Shown: positions 49,180 through 59,331, counted from the first letter of the stretch. The stretch is DNA of 64,000 bases from Fimbriimonadales bacterium (GCA_041744215.1 JBGTLG010000039.1:96001-160000); one strand, 5' to 3'. Notes: a model not told the origin generated them from the letters alone. Translations and numbers: made by a program.

Positions 49180-49743
49180 ATGAAAACACCTCCGAAGAAA
49201 AGCAACCGACGCCGAACTGCGTTGATCGTAATCGGAGTTCTTTTGCTTGCGCTCGTCATTTGGCTTTGGCCGTTCTTGCCAAAGGTACCGGCGCTGCTCA
49301 GCCACCTTTGGTACACATGGAGGAAGCCGCTGCGCGAATACAAAGGGTCCACCAGTCTTGAGAACCTTCAGCAGATGGGTGTAGCACTGCGGCTTTACAT
49401 CGATTCAGAAGGCGCGCTGCCACCAAAAGAAGTTTGGATGGATCGGTTGCTCCTGTACCTGCGTTCCGACGACATGACGAAAGAGGAGCAACTCAAAAAA
49501 TTTCGGGCACCCGGCGTAGTGCCTGGTGAATTCGGATATGCAATGAATGGAGAGTTGTCTAGCATCTTTGAATATGAGATCGAAGACACCAGCAAGGCGC
49601 CCGCGATCTACGACAGTTCGAAGACGCACCGCAATGCTTTCGACGACACCGCTTTCGAATCGCTGCCGGATCCTCCGAGAGAAGGTGGCAATCTGGTGCT
49701 ATGGGTCGACGGCGGCGTGTCGCACACCGAGCCTAAGCGATAG
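49180..49743 (+). CDS. Membrane-anchored hypothetical protein with DUF1559/H-X9-DG-like pattern
   Basis: N-terminal TM; SLENLQQMGVALRLY...LP, GYAMN, GNLVLWVDGGV. Confidence 0.65.
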   Translation: MKTPPKKSNRRRTALIVIGVLLLALVIWLWPFLPKVPALLSHLWYTWRKPLREYKGSTSLENLQQMGVALRLYIDSEGALPPKEVWMDRLLLYLRSDDMTKEEQLKKFRAPGVVPGEFGYAMNGELSSIFEYEIEDTSKAPAIYDSSKTHRNAFDDTAFESLPDPPREGGNLVLWVDGGVSHTEPKR

Positions 49744-49745
49744 AA

Positions 49746-50603
49746 CTACTTGAGTACGCGCGGCGACGAGTTGTTTCCCGGGCCCGCCGTTAGCGGTTCC
49801 TCATTCAGCGTAGTAGCGTTCATTTTGTAAATTTCAAATGAGCCTGTGCGATCGTTAGCGAATAGAACTTGCGATCCCGTTCGGCTAAACTCGGGCCACT
49901 CCGAATCGCCGGCGACCATGTAAAACGGTAGCTGATTCGTGCCGTCTTCGTTCATTATCCAGATTTCGCCATCGCGAACCCACAGTATCTTCCCACCTGC
50001 ACGGGAGTAAACCGGCATCGTATCGTCCGCAGCTGAGTCGGTCAGACGCACAACTTCTGTTCCATCGCTCTTCATCTTGTAAATTTCAGACTGACCGTCC
50101 CGCGTGGACACGAACACGATCGACCTTCCTGCCGGGCTGTATTGCGGCATCGTGTCGTCGCCCGCGCTCGTCGTTAAGCGGGCGGTTCCCGTACCGTTAA
50201 GGTTCATGCGATAGATTTGGAAGGGGCCGTCTCTATCCGATGCAAAAGCAAAGAACTCATTGTTGGGATCATAGACGGGGTCGATGTCTTCAAACGCGTT
50301 ATCTGTTACGCGGACCACATCGGTTCCGTCGACGCGCATCGTAAAGATCTCGAAATTGCCGGCTCGATCGGAAGCAAAGACAATGCGCTGCTGGTTGGGC
50401 GAGATTCCACCCAATCGATCCGTCGCCGCATTGTTAGTGAGGTTTGTTTGGCCACCGCCCTCGCCATCCATTAGGTAGATCTCGAGGTTGCCGTCGCGGT
50501 CACTAATGAAAACGATCTGCTGAACGTTTGGCAACGCGGAGCTGCATGCGGCGAACGCAAGGGCTGCGACGAGCAGGGAGGCGGCGAAAATCTGCTTGAT
50601 CAT
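49746..50603 (-). CDS. TolB-like beta-propeller (PD40 repeats) lipoprotein
   Basis: Repeated IVFxSDRDGxxEIYxMxxDG...LT units; signal ending FAAC. Confidence 0.88.
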   Translation of the reverse strand: MIKQIFAASLLVAALAFAACSSALPNVQQIVFISDRDGNLEIYLMDGEGGGQTNLTNNAATDRLGGISPNQQRIVFASDRAGNFEIFTMRVDGTDVVRVTDNAFEDIDPVYDPNNEFFAFASDRDGPFQIYRMNLNGTGTARLTTSAGDDTMPQYSPAGRSIVFVSTRDGQSEIYKMKSDGTEVVRLTDSAADDTMPVYSRAGGKILWVRDGEIWIMNEDGTNQLPFYMVAGDSEWPEFSRTGSQVLFANDRTGSFEIYKMNATTLNEEPLTAGPGNNSSPRVLK

Positions 50604-50689
50604 TCTTCTTCCTTAGACGCTCCGAGAGCGCGGCGTGTCATTCTAGCATGGCACCTCCACCCCGTTCTCGGTACAATTGACCGGCCTGC

Positions 50690-51832
50690 ATGAGGATCGC
50701 ACACATCAGCGACACGCACCTGGGCTTCCGTGCGTACTCTCGCCAAGACTCGACCGGACTGAACCAGCGTGAGGTTGACGTCATGAGGACTTTTGACCTG
50801 GCGCTCGCCTCAGTCGGCGAGGCGGATCCCGATATCGTGCTGCACACAGGTGACTTCTTCGACGTCGTCCGCCCGAGCAACCACTCCATCGTCAACGCTT
50901 TTCGGCGGGTGTCGGCGTTCCAAAAGATGCGCCGCGGAAAGCCCTTGGTGATCGTCGCCGGGAACCATGAAACCCCGAAGAGTCTTGATGCAGGCTGCAT
51001 TCTTCGACTTTTTGGGACTCCGACGGGCAGTGGTGCGATCGACGGGGTCTTTGCCGTAATCGACGACGGCACTTCGATTCGCCTTCCCGGCTTGGAGCTG
51101 CTCGTGCTGCCGACGAGAGGACTTCATCGGAAAGACGAGATCTCGCTACGACCTGAAACATCCGAGCCCGCGCGGGTGCTTGCCGCCCACGGGCTTGACG
51201 CTTCGCTAGGACTTGGGCACGCTGACTTCTCCATCGAAGAGTTCTCGCCCGATGAATGGAGCTACGTCGCCCTGGGCGACTATCATGTTCGGAAAGAGTT
51301 GGGGCCCCGCGCAGCATATTCAGGCTCGACCGACTACACCAGTTCGAACATTTGGGAAGAGATTGCTCACCCCAAGGGGTGGTATCTGATCGATACCGAA
51401 TCGGGAAGCCGCGAGTTTGTTGAGGTGCGCCCTGTTCGACCAGCGATCGACCTCGAGCCAATCGACGGGGCCGGACTCTCAGGGGCGGAGATTGGGCAAG
51501 CTATGGAGGCTCGCGCACCGGCCTCTTCCGAACCGGAGCCGATCGTGCGGCAAAAAGTGATCGGCGTGCATCCGTCCGCACGATCCGAGATTCCGTCGTC
51601 GTCCATTCGCGAGCTTCGTCTGCGTTTCGCACACTATCGCTTGGACATACAGCTCGCGGCAGACGGCGCATCGAAGGGGGTCTCGGCCGGCGGACGATCA
51701 CTGGAGCGGGAGTGGGAAGAGTTTGGCAGCGCTCGTGAGCTTGCGCCTGGAATCGACCGGGCCGCTTTCATCGCCACCGGCACCAATCTTTTGGGGGAGG
51801 CGACAGATGATCTTGAAGCGACTATCGATTAG
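50690..51832 (+). CDS. sbcD: SbcD/Mre11 nuclease subunit
   Basis: DTHLG, GDFFD, GNHE, HG and ALGDYH metallophosphoesterase motifs; upstream of the SMC ATPase. Confidence 0.88.
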   Translation: MRIAHISDTHLGFRAYSRQDSTGLNQREVDVMRTFDLALASVGEADPDIVLHTGDFFDVVRPSNHSIVNAFRRVSAFQKMRRGKPLVIVAGNHETPKSLDAGCILRLFGTPTGSGAIDGVFAVIDDGTSIRLPGLELLVLPTRGLHRKDEISLRPETSEPARVLAAHGLDASLGLGHADFSIEEFSPDEWSYVALGDYHVRKELGPRAAYSGSTDYTSSNIWEEIAHPKGWYLIDTESGSREFVEVRPVRPAIDLEPIDGAGLSGAEIGQAMEARAPASSEPEPIVRQKVIGVHPSARSEIPSSSIRELRLRFAHYRLDIQLAADGASKGVSAGGRSLEREWEEFGSARELAPGIDRAAFIATGTNLLGEATDDLEATID

Positions 51833-54218
51833 GAACTTTCGGCAGTTTCGCGAGGCCGAGATCGAGCTGTCACCAGGGCTCACAGCGATCATCGGTGCGA
51901 ATGGGAGCGGCAAGACGACCGTGATCGAGGCGATCACGTGGGCGCTATACGGCGAGCAGCGAAACACGAAAGAGACACTGCGAAGATACTGGGCTGAAGG
52001 CCGCGCGCCAACATCAGTGTCCGTCACCTTTGCGCTGGGGCGCGAGAGTTGGCGAGTGGAGAGAACGTTGACAAGCGCGTCTCTCTTTGCAGTCGAGGAT
52101 CAGGATCGACTTGTCGCGTCGTCACTTCGCGAAGTAACCAAAGCAGTCGAAAAGTTACTTGGACTCAGCTACGAGCAGTTTCGAAATAGTTTTTGCACTG
52201 AGCAGCGTGACCTATCCTTTCTAAAGTTTCGCACGCCCAACCGGCAGCAGGAAGAACTGGGACGGATGCTTGGCTTTGATCGAATTCGAACTGCGGCAAA
52301 GACGTCGAAAGATAGGTCGAAACACCTGCGCGACACAGCAGCAGGAATGGCAGCCGCAATCGGCACCGATGAGGTCGTGTCCGAGCGCGTCGAACAATTC
52401 CGATCCGCAGAGAACGAGGCTAGATTGCGGCTTCAGCAGGCACAAGCAGCGCTGGAGGCGAGTAGTGAGGCCTCCGCTGGGGCGCAGGCACAGCGAGACA
52501 GAGCGTCCGCGGCGCGCACTTTGATTGCCGAGATGAGGGTGCGCCGACAGTTGGGACAAACGCTCAAAGAACAGATGGATGCTGCTTCGGTTCAGCTAAA
52601 CAAGGCCAAGTCGGAGGCGCTTGAGCGTGACACGTTATGCGACGGCGCGAAAGAGTATGAAGCGGCGGATGCGCAACACAAACGATTCATCGCTCAATCG
52701 AAGCAAGCAGAGTCGAGATTGCGCGCAGAGGCAACAATTGCTGCTGCAATGGGCCGTGCAGACACGATCCGAAAAGAGTTTGATGCTGATGCTTCCCTCC
52801 GAGTCGAATCAGCAGTTAGCAACATGGATGGCGATGCTAAAGAACTGGCGGGTGCCGAGGAGGCTCTGCGACTCGCAACCGACGAATGGCATTCTCATCG
52901 CCAAGCTGCACAAGAGTCGCTGGCAGAGTCGAACGCACGACTGACTGAAATCTCATCGAGGGCAGAAGAGCTGGGCGCTTCCATCGCATCTGGAGTCTGC
53001 CCGATTTGCAGTCAGCCCTGGCCGTCCGAAAAAATCGATGCTGTCGAGGAAGTGCGAAGAAGGGTCGCCGATGCCGAACGCGATCTTGTGAAAAAACAGC
53101 AAGCCTTCCATGCCGTAAAGGAGACTTCGAAGGCTGTCACGGATCTAACTGAACGCGTGGCGCAGTTGCGGCAACGGCTCGAAGAGTCTCGTCAGACTCG
53201 TGATCTTGCTAAGGCAGCGATGTCTGAACAAACAAAGCGAGAAGCAGAACTGCGAAGTCTCGAACAGCAAGTGAAAGAGCAGAAAGACGCCATGCAGGAT
53301 CTGCCAGACAAGCCGGATCCGGAAGCCGTTATCGAGTGTGAACGAAAACTCGAGCTTCACCACGCGGCTTGGATTCGCTTCGGCCAATTGGCAGACGCAG
53401 TGGCAAGACTCGAAGCAGCAGAGCTTATTCTCAAGAATTCACAAGAGAAGTTTGCTGAGGAGAAGGAGTCGCAAGCTGCGGCCGACGCCAAGCTACGTGA
53501 ACTCGGATTCAGCCCAAACGAAGCTGACCGTGCGGATGCAGAAGTGGAGGAAGCGAGCAAACGGCTCGAGTCGCTGCGCGAAGCCGAAGCGAGCTTGAAA
53601 CACGCCATGGAGATTGCAGAAGAAAGAGGGCGGAATCTCACTGCTGCAGAAACTGCCCTTTCCGAGTTTCGCGAGAAGAAGCTGAAAATCGAGGAGATAG
53701 AACGGGAATCGAAACTGTACAACGAAGTTGGCACCGCGCTCGCCGAACTCCGCGAAGCACTGACGGAACGTGCGCGTCCGCTGCTTGAACAAATCGCATC
53801 GACCAACTTGGCAGCGCTGTCAGGTGGACGGTATCTCACGCTAAAGCTGTCAGACCGATTTGAGCCGACCGTCATCGATGAGAATGTCGAGAAGGATGTT
53901 ATCAGCGGTGGCGAGGAAGATATCGTCGCGCTTTCTTTGCGTCTCGCGCTCGCGCAATTGATCCAGGAACGAAGCGGTCAGCCGATGAGCCTGCTGATGA
54001 TGGACGAGGTGTTTGGGTCTTTGGACGCTGAGCGGCGGACGAACGTACTCTCCCAACTCGAGGCGATGAGGGATATGTTCGATCAGATACTTGTGATCAG
54101 CCATATCGAAGCGATCAATGACGCGGCGGACCGGTGCCTCATCGTGAGATACGACCCTCTCACGCGGGAGAGCGCCGTCGTGGAGGCGGTCGCAGACGTC
54201 GCTGAAATGGTCAGTTGA
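51807..54218 (+). CDS. sbcC: SbcC/Rad50 SMC-family ATPase
   Basis: Walker A GANGSGKT, coiled coil with central CPIC zinc hook, ISGGE signature, LMMDEVFGSLD, ISH. Confidence 0.9.
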   Translation: MILKRLSIRNFRQFREAEIELSPGLTAIIGANGSGKTTVIEAITWALYGEQRNTKETLRRYWAEGRAPTSVSVTFALGRESWRVERTLTSASLFAVEDQDRLVASSLREVTKAVEKLLGLSYEQFRNSFCTEQRDLSFLKFRTPNRQQEELGRMLGFDRIRTAAKTSKDRSKHLRDTAAGMAAAIGTDEVVSERVEQFRSAENEARLRLQQAQAALEASSEASAGAQAQRDRASAARTLIAEMRVRRQLGQTLKEQMDAASVQLNKAKSEALERDTLCDGAKEYEAADAQHKRFIAQSKQAESRLRAEATIAAAMGRADTIRKEFDADASLRVESAVSNMDGDAKELAGAEEALRLATDEWHSHRQAAQESLAESNARLTEISSRAEELGASIASGVCPICSQPWPSEKIDAVEEVRRRVADAERDLVKKQQAFHAVKETSKAVTDLTERVAQLRQRLEESRQTRDLAKAAMSEQTKREAELRSLEQQVKEQKDAMQDLPDKPDPEAVIECERKLELHHAAWIRFGQLADAVARLEAAELILKNSQEKFAEEKESQAAADAKLRELGFSPNEADRADAEVEEASKRLESLREAEASLKHAMEIAEERGRNLTAAETALSEFREKKLKIEEIERESKLYNEVGTALAELREALTERARPLLEQIASTNLAALSGGRYLTLKLSDRFEPTVIDENVEKDVISGGEEDIVALSLRLALAQLIQERSGQPMSLLMMDEVFGSLDAERRTNVLSQLEAMRDMFDQILVISHIEAINDAADRCLIVRYDPLTRESAVVEAVADVAEMVS

Positions 54219-54235
54219 TCTGCCAGAATCTGGCG

Positions 54236-54616
54236 ATGCGCGCCGTACTTCTGCTTTTCTCGCTCACGCTGTCGCTGTGCGGCTGTTCTCAGCCAGAGTC
54301 CGACGATACCGGCAGTATCAAAGAGATCGACGTCACAACTCCAGCCCCGGCATCGACGGTCTCAAACCCTGAGATCGAGGCTGCGATTCGTAATGTGGCT
54401 GACCTACGAGATCATAACATGCGCCTGACCTCCGTCGATATTCGGGGCGACTTTGCGCTCGTAACCGCAGAGTCCAACTCAGCCAACTTGGATCCGCTGA
54501 CCCTGCTCTTGGGGCGGAAAGACGGGTGGCGGGTTCTGGATTTCGGGACTGCGCTCGAAGGCGTCGGGGAACAGTTTGGAGTTCCAGCCGACACAATCAA
54601 GGAATGGGGACTTTAG
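54236..54616 (+). CDS. Hypothetical lipoprotein
   Basis: MRAVLLLFSLTLSLCGC lipobox. Confidence 0.7.
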   Translation: MRAVLLLFSLTLSLCGCSQPESDDTGSIKEIDVTTPAPASTVSNPEIEAAIRNVADLRDHNMRLTSVDIRGDFALVTAESNSANLDPLTLLLGRKDGWRVLDFGTALEGVGEQFGVPADTIKEWGL

Positions 54617-54619
54617 GGC

Positions 54620-54647
54620 TAAGAGTGAACGCTTGTCTCTCCGATAA
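54620..54647 (+). promoter_or_regulatory. Putative sigma28 (FliA/SigD)-type promoter
   Basis: TAAG-N16-TCCGATAA versus consensus TAAA-N15/16-GCCGATAA, 18 nt before ATG 54666. Confidence 0.55.
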
Positions 54648-54665
54648 TCCTAGACGGGGGTAAGC

Positions 54666-55901
54666 ATGCCTACATCGTCTGACAACGCAACGCTGTTTGA
54701 AATCTCGATGGCCCGGCAGCCGATTTATGATCGAGGGCTGGCCATCTACGGATTCGAACTGCTTTATCGCGGCTCCCAATCGACACCTGGCGTACTCGAT
54801 GGAACCGAGTCGGCGCGCGCGATCCTAAATGCGTTGGTGGGGTTCGGAATCTCTGAACTCGCCGGTTCTAAGCCCGCATTCATCAACCTTTCTGAGGAGC
54901 TCATCGTCAATGGACAAGTCGACTTGCTTCCCAAAGAATCTGTCGTCCTAGAAGTCTTGGAAACAGTAAAGCCGACCGCGGCAGTCGTACAGATACTTCG
55001 GGACCTCCGAGAGAGCGGATACAAGATCGCGATAGATGACTTTGTAGCAGGAGATGGCAGGGACGAGCTCTTAAGTATTGCCGACATCGTTAAGATCGAT
55101 GTGCTCGCACATACGACTGCAACTGAGCTCCAGCGACAGGTGCGGTTGTGCGCACGGCCTGGGCGGCAACTCCTTGCGGAGAAGGTTGAAGACTACAAGT
55201 CACTGAGACTCTGCCGCAGTCTCGGGTTTGACTTTTTCCAGGGCTACTTTCTCTGTCAGCCGGATGTATTACGCGCACGAGAAGTGCGCGCAAATCGCGC
55301 AACACTTTTGGCATTGCTCCAAAAACTCCAAGACCCTGCGGTTCGCTATTCAGATTTGGAAGAGATTGTCAACCATGACCTCGGGATGGCACATCGGCTT
55401 CTGCGATTCATTCGGAGCGCACACCTTGGACTGGAGGCGCCTATCGCATCCATCCGTCAGGCGTTGCTCTTCTTGGGAGTCCGGCGCGTCGCCGCGCTAG
55501 GCTGTTTAATGGCCATGGCTGAGAAATCCGAAAAGCCGTCGCACCTGCTCCGCATGGCCATCGAGCGGGCGAAGATGTGTGAACTGCTTGCTGTGGCAGC
55601 CAACGAAGTTCAGCAAGAACGTTTCTTCACAGTTGGGCTGTTCTCTGTTCTTGACGCGTTGATGGACTCCCCGATGGAAAAGGTGCTCAGTGACTTACCT
55701 CTGGAAGCTGAGACCAAGGGCGCCCTGATGGGCACCGACACGGAATCTCCGCTCTATCTCGCGCTCAATTGTGTCCGCAATCTCGAACGCGGCAACTTCT
55801 CCGATGCCAAGTTTCGACATCTGACGGGTGTTGATATATCTGCGGCATATCGGTTGGCTGTCGCCTGGGCGGTGGAAACAGAGTTCGAGTCAGCGGCGTA
55901 G
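54666..55901 (+). CDS. EAL + HDOD domain protein (YuxH/PdeH-like c-di-GMP phosphodiesterase)
   Basis: ARQPI, ELLYR, FINL, LEVLE, IDDF, KID, AEKVE, QGYF; C-terminal HDOD (FTVGLFSVLDA). Confidence 0.9.
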   Translation: MPTSSDNATLFEISMARQPIYDRGLAIYGFELLYRGSQSTPGVLDGTESARAILNALVGFGISELAGSKPAFINLSEELIVNGQVDLLPKESVVLEVLETVKPTAAVVQILRDLRESGYKIAIDDFVAGDGRDELLSIADIVKIDVLAHTTATELQRQVRLCARPGRQLLAEKVEDYKSLRLCRSLGFDFFQGYFLCQPDVLRAREVRANRATLLALLQKLQDPAVRYSDLEEIVNHDLGMAHRLLRFIRSAHLGLEAPIASIRQALLFLGVRRVAALGCLMAMAEKSEKPSHLLRMAIERAKMCELLAVAANEVQQERFFTVGLFSVLDALMDSPMEKVLSDLPLEAETKGALMGTDTESPLYLALNCVRNLERGNFSDAKFRHLTGVDISAAYRLAVAWAVETEFESAA

Positions 55902-56636
55902 CCGATCCGGCGCAATCCCGATGACATGGATTCTGTCGCTTGTCTTCTTTGGCGGATTCAGAGTGTACGCGTCATACAGTTGCACGCGAATAAACCCTGC
56001 ATCGGACATTGCCTGTCGCACTTCGTCGTCGGAGTATGCGCGCTGAACGTGCGTCTCGTGGAAGTGCTCACTGCCTTTCCAGAAATCCATCTCAATAGTG
56101 CACGTCTTCGCGGCGGCGTTCCACTTACCAACCCAGTTGTACCGCAGATCCTCGGATCGCTTCATGTTGGATTGGTCAAACATGTTTTTTTCAAAAGCGT
56201 AAGCAGTATTGAGATCGAAGAGAAATGGCGCTCCGGGATAAAGATGCTTGCAGACTGAAGCAAGAGCAGTTCGAAATCGCTCCAGATCAAGAATGTTGTT
56301 GAGACTATCGAAGAACGAGATAGCGGCGTCAAACTCTTCATCTATGTTCAGATCCGCGGCATCTTGAACTAGAAACTTGATGTCAAGTTTTCTGTCGATC
56401 GCAATCGATTTGGCTACTTCAATCATCGGTGCCGAGGCATCTACCCCAGTCACCAAAATGCCGTCGGCAGCGAGCATCCGGCACAGCTTTCCTGTTCCAC
56501 AAGCTACTTCGAGAACTGACTTTGGCTCCACCTCGAGCTTTGTCCATATCAGGCGAAGATAGCTCAGCCACATGCTGTACGGAACGCCCTGCATCAGATG
56601 CTCGTAGTGCGGCGCTATCTTGGTAAACGCGTCCAT
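55890..56636 (-). CDS. Class I SAM-dependent methyltransferase
   Basis: VLEVACGTG, GVDAS, FDSLN, PGAPFLFD. Start at ATG 56636. Confidence 0.9.
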   Translation of the reverse strand: MDAFTKIAPHYEHLMQGVPYSMWLSYLRLIWTKLEVEPKSVLEVACGTGKLCRMLAADGILVTGVDASAPMIEVAKSIAIDRKLDIKFLVQDAADLNIDEEFDAAISFFDSLNNILDLERFRTALASVCKHLYPGAPFLFDLNTAYAFEKNMFDQSNMKRSEDLRYNWVGKWNAAAKTCTIEMDFWKGSEHFHETHVQRAYSDDEVRQAMSDAGFIRVQLYDAYTLNPPKKTSDRIHVIGIAPDRLRR

Positions 56637-56709
56637 CCGAAACGTGAGTCTATCGCTATTCGCCGCCAGTTTCCCACTTTCGGCCTTCTCTGCGCGTCTA
56701 ACGTAGTCC

Positions 56710-58101
56710 GTGGTCCACATAGCTCTGTTCGCGGTAGCCTTCGGCCAACTCGGCTGGAAGTCAGGCACTCCTGAGCCGATTCTTGAAGCCGACCCCGAGT
56801 TTGTCGCCATGTATTGGCACGCGTGGGAGACACATCGGGCGGGAATCCACGAGGAGGCTCCGGGCGGATTGCCATCGCCGCTTTTCGCTCCTAGCGGAAG
56901 GCTATCTGCGTCCGAGGCCGTCACCGGCACTCTCTTCACCCGATGGGCTTGGCGAGCATCAGGAGCCTATGAAACGCTTGATTCCTACCTTCTGTTAGTC
57001 GACCGAGCGGGTCAGGCACCCGCCTTTTGGATCCTCGAGGACGGCACTCGAACAGGCCCCCAGCAGCGCCCCCTGTTTGGAGGCTGGGCAGCGTGGAGCC
57101 TCTACCGGATTACGGGCGACAAGTCTATGGTGGAGCGCGTCTTTTCGCCGCTCGCGCGCATTCACGCTGTGCAGGCAGCCCGGTACACAAACGAGGAAGG
57201 TCTTCGGAGCGTGACGCCCGAGACAAGCCTGGTGCCGGAATCCGGGCCGGCTGAGCTTTCTGACTCAAGCGAGGTTGCCGCGATTCTCCTGCTTGAGTCC
57301 CATTATCTCGCGCTGTGCGCTCAAGCGATCGGGCTAGGGTCCGCAGCGAATGTCTATCAACGAGCGGCGGCAGATGAAGCAAAGCGACTCGCGGCGATGT
57401 GGCTTGACAAAGAGGGCGCTTTCCGTGCAAAAAACGACGATGGCGAACCGGGTGAAAGCGCAACTCTGATCCCGATGCTGAGCATTGCGGCCAAACGGTC
57501 GCCCATGCCAACTTCCAAACGTATTCTGGAGTCGCTCGCCGATTCCACTTCGTTTCGTACTCCGCTTCTTTATCCCTCTCTCCCGCGCACAGATTCTGCG
57601 TTTCGGGGCGACAGCGGCGTGAGGCCGCTGTTGCAGTACTTGATAGTGAGAGCCCTAATCGAAGCAGGAGAGCGTGGGGCGGCCGCGATCGCCTGCGAGT
57701 CGATGCTGCGAGGAATTGCGAGATCTTGGCGGCGCGAACAGCAACTCTACACAGAATACGGGCCGCTCACAATGATGCCAAGCCCTCAAGCCCGACCGTC
57801 GGGATTCGATGCAGGGTATGTAGCGGTAGCGGGGTTAATCGAGGCCGTTCTTGGATTCGATGTCGATGCACCAAACAAGACAATTGACTGGTTTATGACT
57901 CGTCGCGACCGCCATGGCATCTCACGCCTCAGAATGGGGTCAAACACCATCACATTGATTGCGCGTGAGAGGAAGTCGAGCACCGAGAATCCGGTCATAG
58001 AGGTTAAAGCGGAAAGCCCATTTACGCTGCGAGTCACCTCCACTGGACGAACCTTCACGAGGCGTTTCTCGGCCGGCGAGTCGACTTGGGAGATTCGTTA
58101 G
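56710..58101 (+). CDS. Secreted (alpha/alpha)6 glycoside-hydrolase-like protein (GH63/MGH1-like, divergent)
   Basis: Signal-like N-terminus; PLFGGWAAWSLYRITGDK, MWLDKEGAF, PSLPR, EYGP resemble six-hairpin glycosidases. Confidence 0.6.
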   Translation: MVHIALFAVAFGQLGWKSGTPEPILEADPEFVAMYWHAWETHRAGIHEEAPGGLPSPLFAPSGRLSASEAVTGTLFTRWAWRASGAYETLDSYLLLVDRAGQAPAFWILEDGTRTGPQQRPLFGGWAAWSLYRITGDKSMVERVFSPLARIHAVQAARYTNEEGLRSVTPETSLVPESGPAELSDSSEVAAILLLESHYLALCAQAIGLGSAANVYQRAAADEAKRLAAMWLDKEGAFRAKNDDGEPGESATLIPMLSIAAKRSPMPTSKRILESLADSTSFRTPLLYPSLPRTDSAFRGDSGVRPLLQYLIVRALIEAGERGAAAIACESMLRGIARSWRREQQLYTEYGPLTMMPSPQARPSGFDAGYVAVAGLIEAVLGFDVDAPNKTIDWFMTRRDRHGISRLRMGSNTITLIARERKSSTENPVIEVKAESPFTLRVTSTGRTFTRRFSAGESTWEIR

Positions 58102-58625
58102 TGCAGCGCGCCGAGATCAATTCGCTCGCCAGCACCGATTCCTTTATTTTCAAACCACCCGGCTTTCATCTCGATTGCGTACTGGGCTGGACCTTCAGAC
58201 GCATACTTCGTGTCCACGTCGAGCGGACGCATTGTAAGAATGTTTAGAATTCGGCCGGACTTATCAAGATAGGCGATGTCGAGCGGGATAATCGTGTTCC
58301 TCATCCAAAAAGACAACGGCTCCTCCCTTTCAAAAACAAAAATCATTCCATGATTCTCTTCGAGCTCATCATCGGAAACGAACATGAGCCCTTCGTTGCG
58401 GGTTGAGTCGTTGTCTGCGACGTATAGATCGACTCGCTCGGCGCCGATCAACAGGGTCACGCGACGCAAAGATTCGAGCGGGTGTTCGCGACGGACTGAC
58501 GGCTTTATTGGGGGCCCGGGCTTTTGCTCAGACGGTGGACTCGGCTGAGGCTGGATTGAGGGTTCGGCGTGCTGCTGCGCGCAGCCGACGAGCAAGGCGA
58601 GAAAGGCAGCGAGAATCCACTTCAC
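58098..58625 (-). CDS. DUF192 family lipoprotein
   Basis: Lipobox LVGC; GLMF, GMIFVF, FWMRNTIIPLDIAY, AIEMKAG. Confidence 0.9.
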   Translation of the reverse strand: MKWILAAFLALLVGCAQQHAEPSIQPQPSPPSEQKPGPPIKPSVRREHPLESLRRVTLLIGAERVDLYVADNDSTRNEGLMFVSDDELEENHGMIFVFEREEPLSFWMRNTIIPLDIAYLDKSGRILNILTMRPLDVDTKYASEGPAQYAIEMKAGWFENKGIGAGERIDLGALH

Positions 58626-58662
58626 GGAACTATTCTATCTCCTGATACGTCTCGCCCATTGG

Positions 58663-59331
58663 ATGACCCCCATGTTTTTGCCGCTGCTAGCCTTTACGAC
58701 CATTTCCCTTTCCTCGCCTGTAGCGCTCAATGCAGACGTCGAGGAATTGCTCGCACGAATGCGCACGATGTATTCATCGCCAACCACAGCGAGGCTTGAG
58801 GTATCTGTGCGCCAGGCTGTCGAAGGCGGGTTTGGCGAATACATCTTAAAGTTCGATTACGCGAAGTCGAACAAGGTTCGCGCAGAAGTCGTTCGCAACA
58901 ATAAAGTCGAGTTCTCATCGGTCAGCGATGGGTCGAAGATCGCGATTCTCGATGCGAACGGGGCCGCGGTCGAGACGAAAGATTGGGACTTCGAAGCGAT
59001 GGCTCAGGCGGTACCGGGAAATCTGGAGACACTCTCATTCTTTGACTGGAATAGGCAGCTTAGCACCGCCGAAGGTGCGAACATGCACGACAACACTTTG
59101 ACCATCACGAAGGACGAGTTTTGGAATGACAAGACGTGGATGGTTCTCGAAGAGATTGCTCCAAGGTCCGGAGTGATTGTCAAGTACTTTATCGAGAAGG
59201 AGACATCCTTGATTTGGCGTACGCTTGTTCGCAGCATCGAAGGAAGCCGTCTGTTGCAAGACTGCCAGGTTTTGCGCATGGAGCGGGGAATCGAGATCGA
59301 TCCTAATCGCTTTGTCGTTCCAAAATCATGA
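58663..59331 (+). CDS. Secreted hypothetical protein, LolA-like fold candidate
   Basis: Signal peptide; SVSDGSKI and C-terminal IDPNRFVVP resemble LolA-like/DUF2092 proteins. Confidence 0.6.
   Translation: MTPMFLPLLAFTTISLSSPVALNADVEELLARMRTMYSSPTTARLEVSVRQAVEGGFGEYILKFDYAKSNKVRAEVVRNNKVEFSSVSDGSKIAILDANGAAVETKDWDFEAMAQAVPGNLETLSFFDWNRQLSTAEGANMHDNTLTITKDEFWNDKTWMVLEEIAPRSGVIVKYFIEKETSLIWRTLVRSIEGSRLLQDCQVLRMERGIEIDPNRFVVPKS

Noticed and set aside
49746-50603. Internal sequence repeats
   Set aside because: Protein-level PD40 propeller repeats, not a DNA repeat array.
50690-54218. Nuclease + SMC ATPase as a possible Wadjet/Lamassu-type defence system
   Set aside because: The zinc-hook CPIC, the Mre11-type motifs and the absence of kleisin or effector genes fit ordinary SbcCD.
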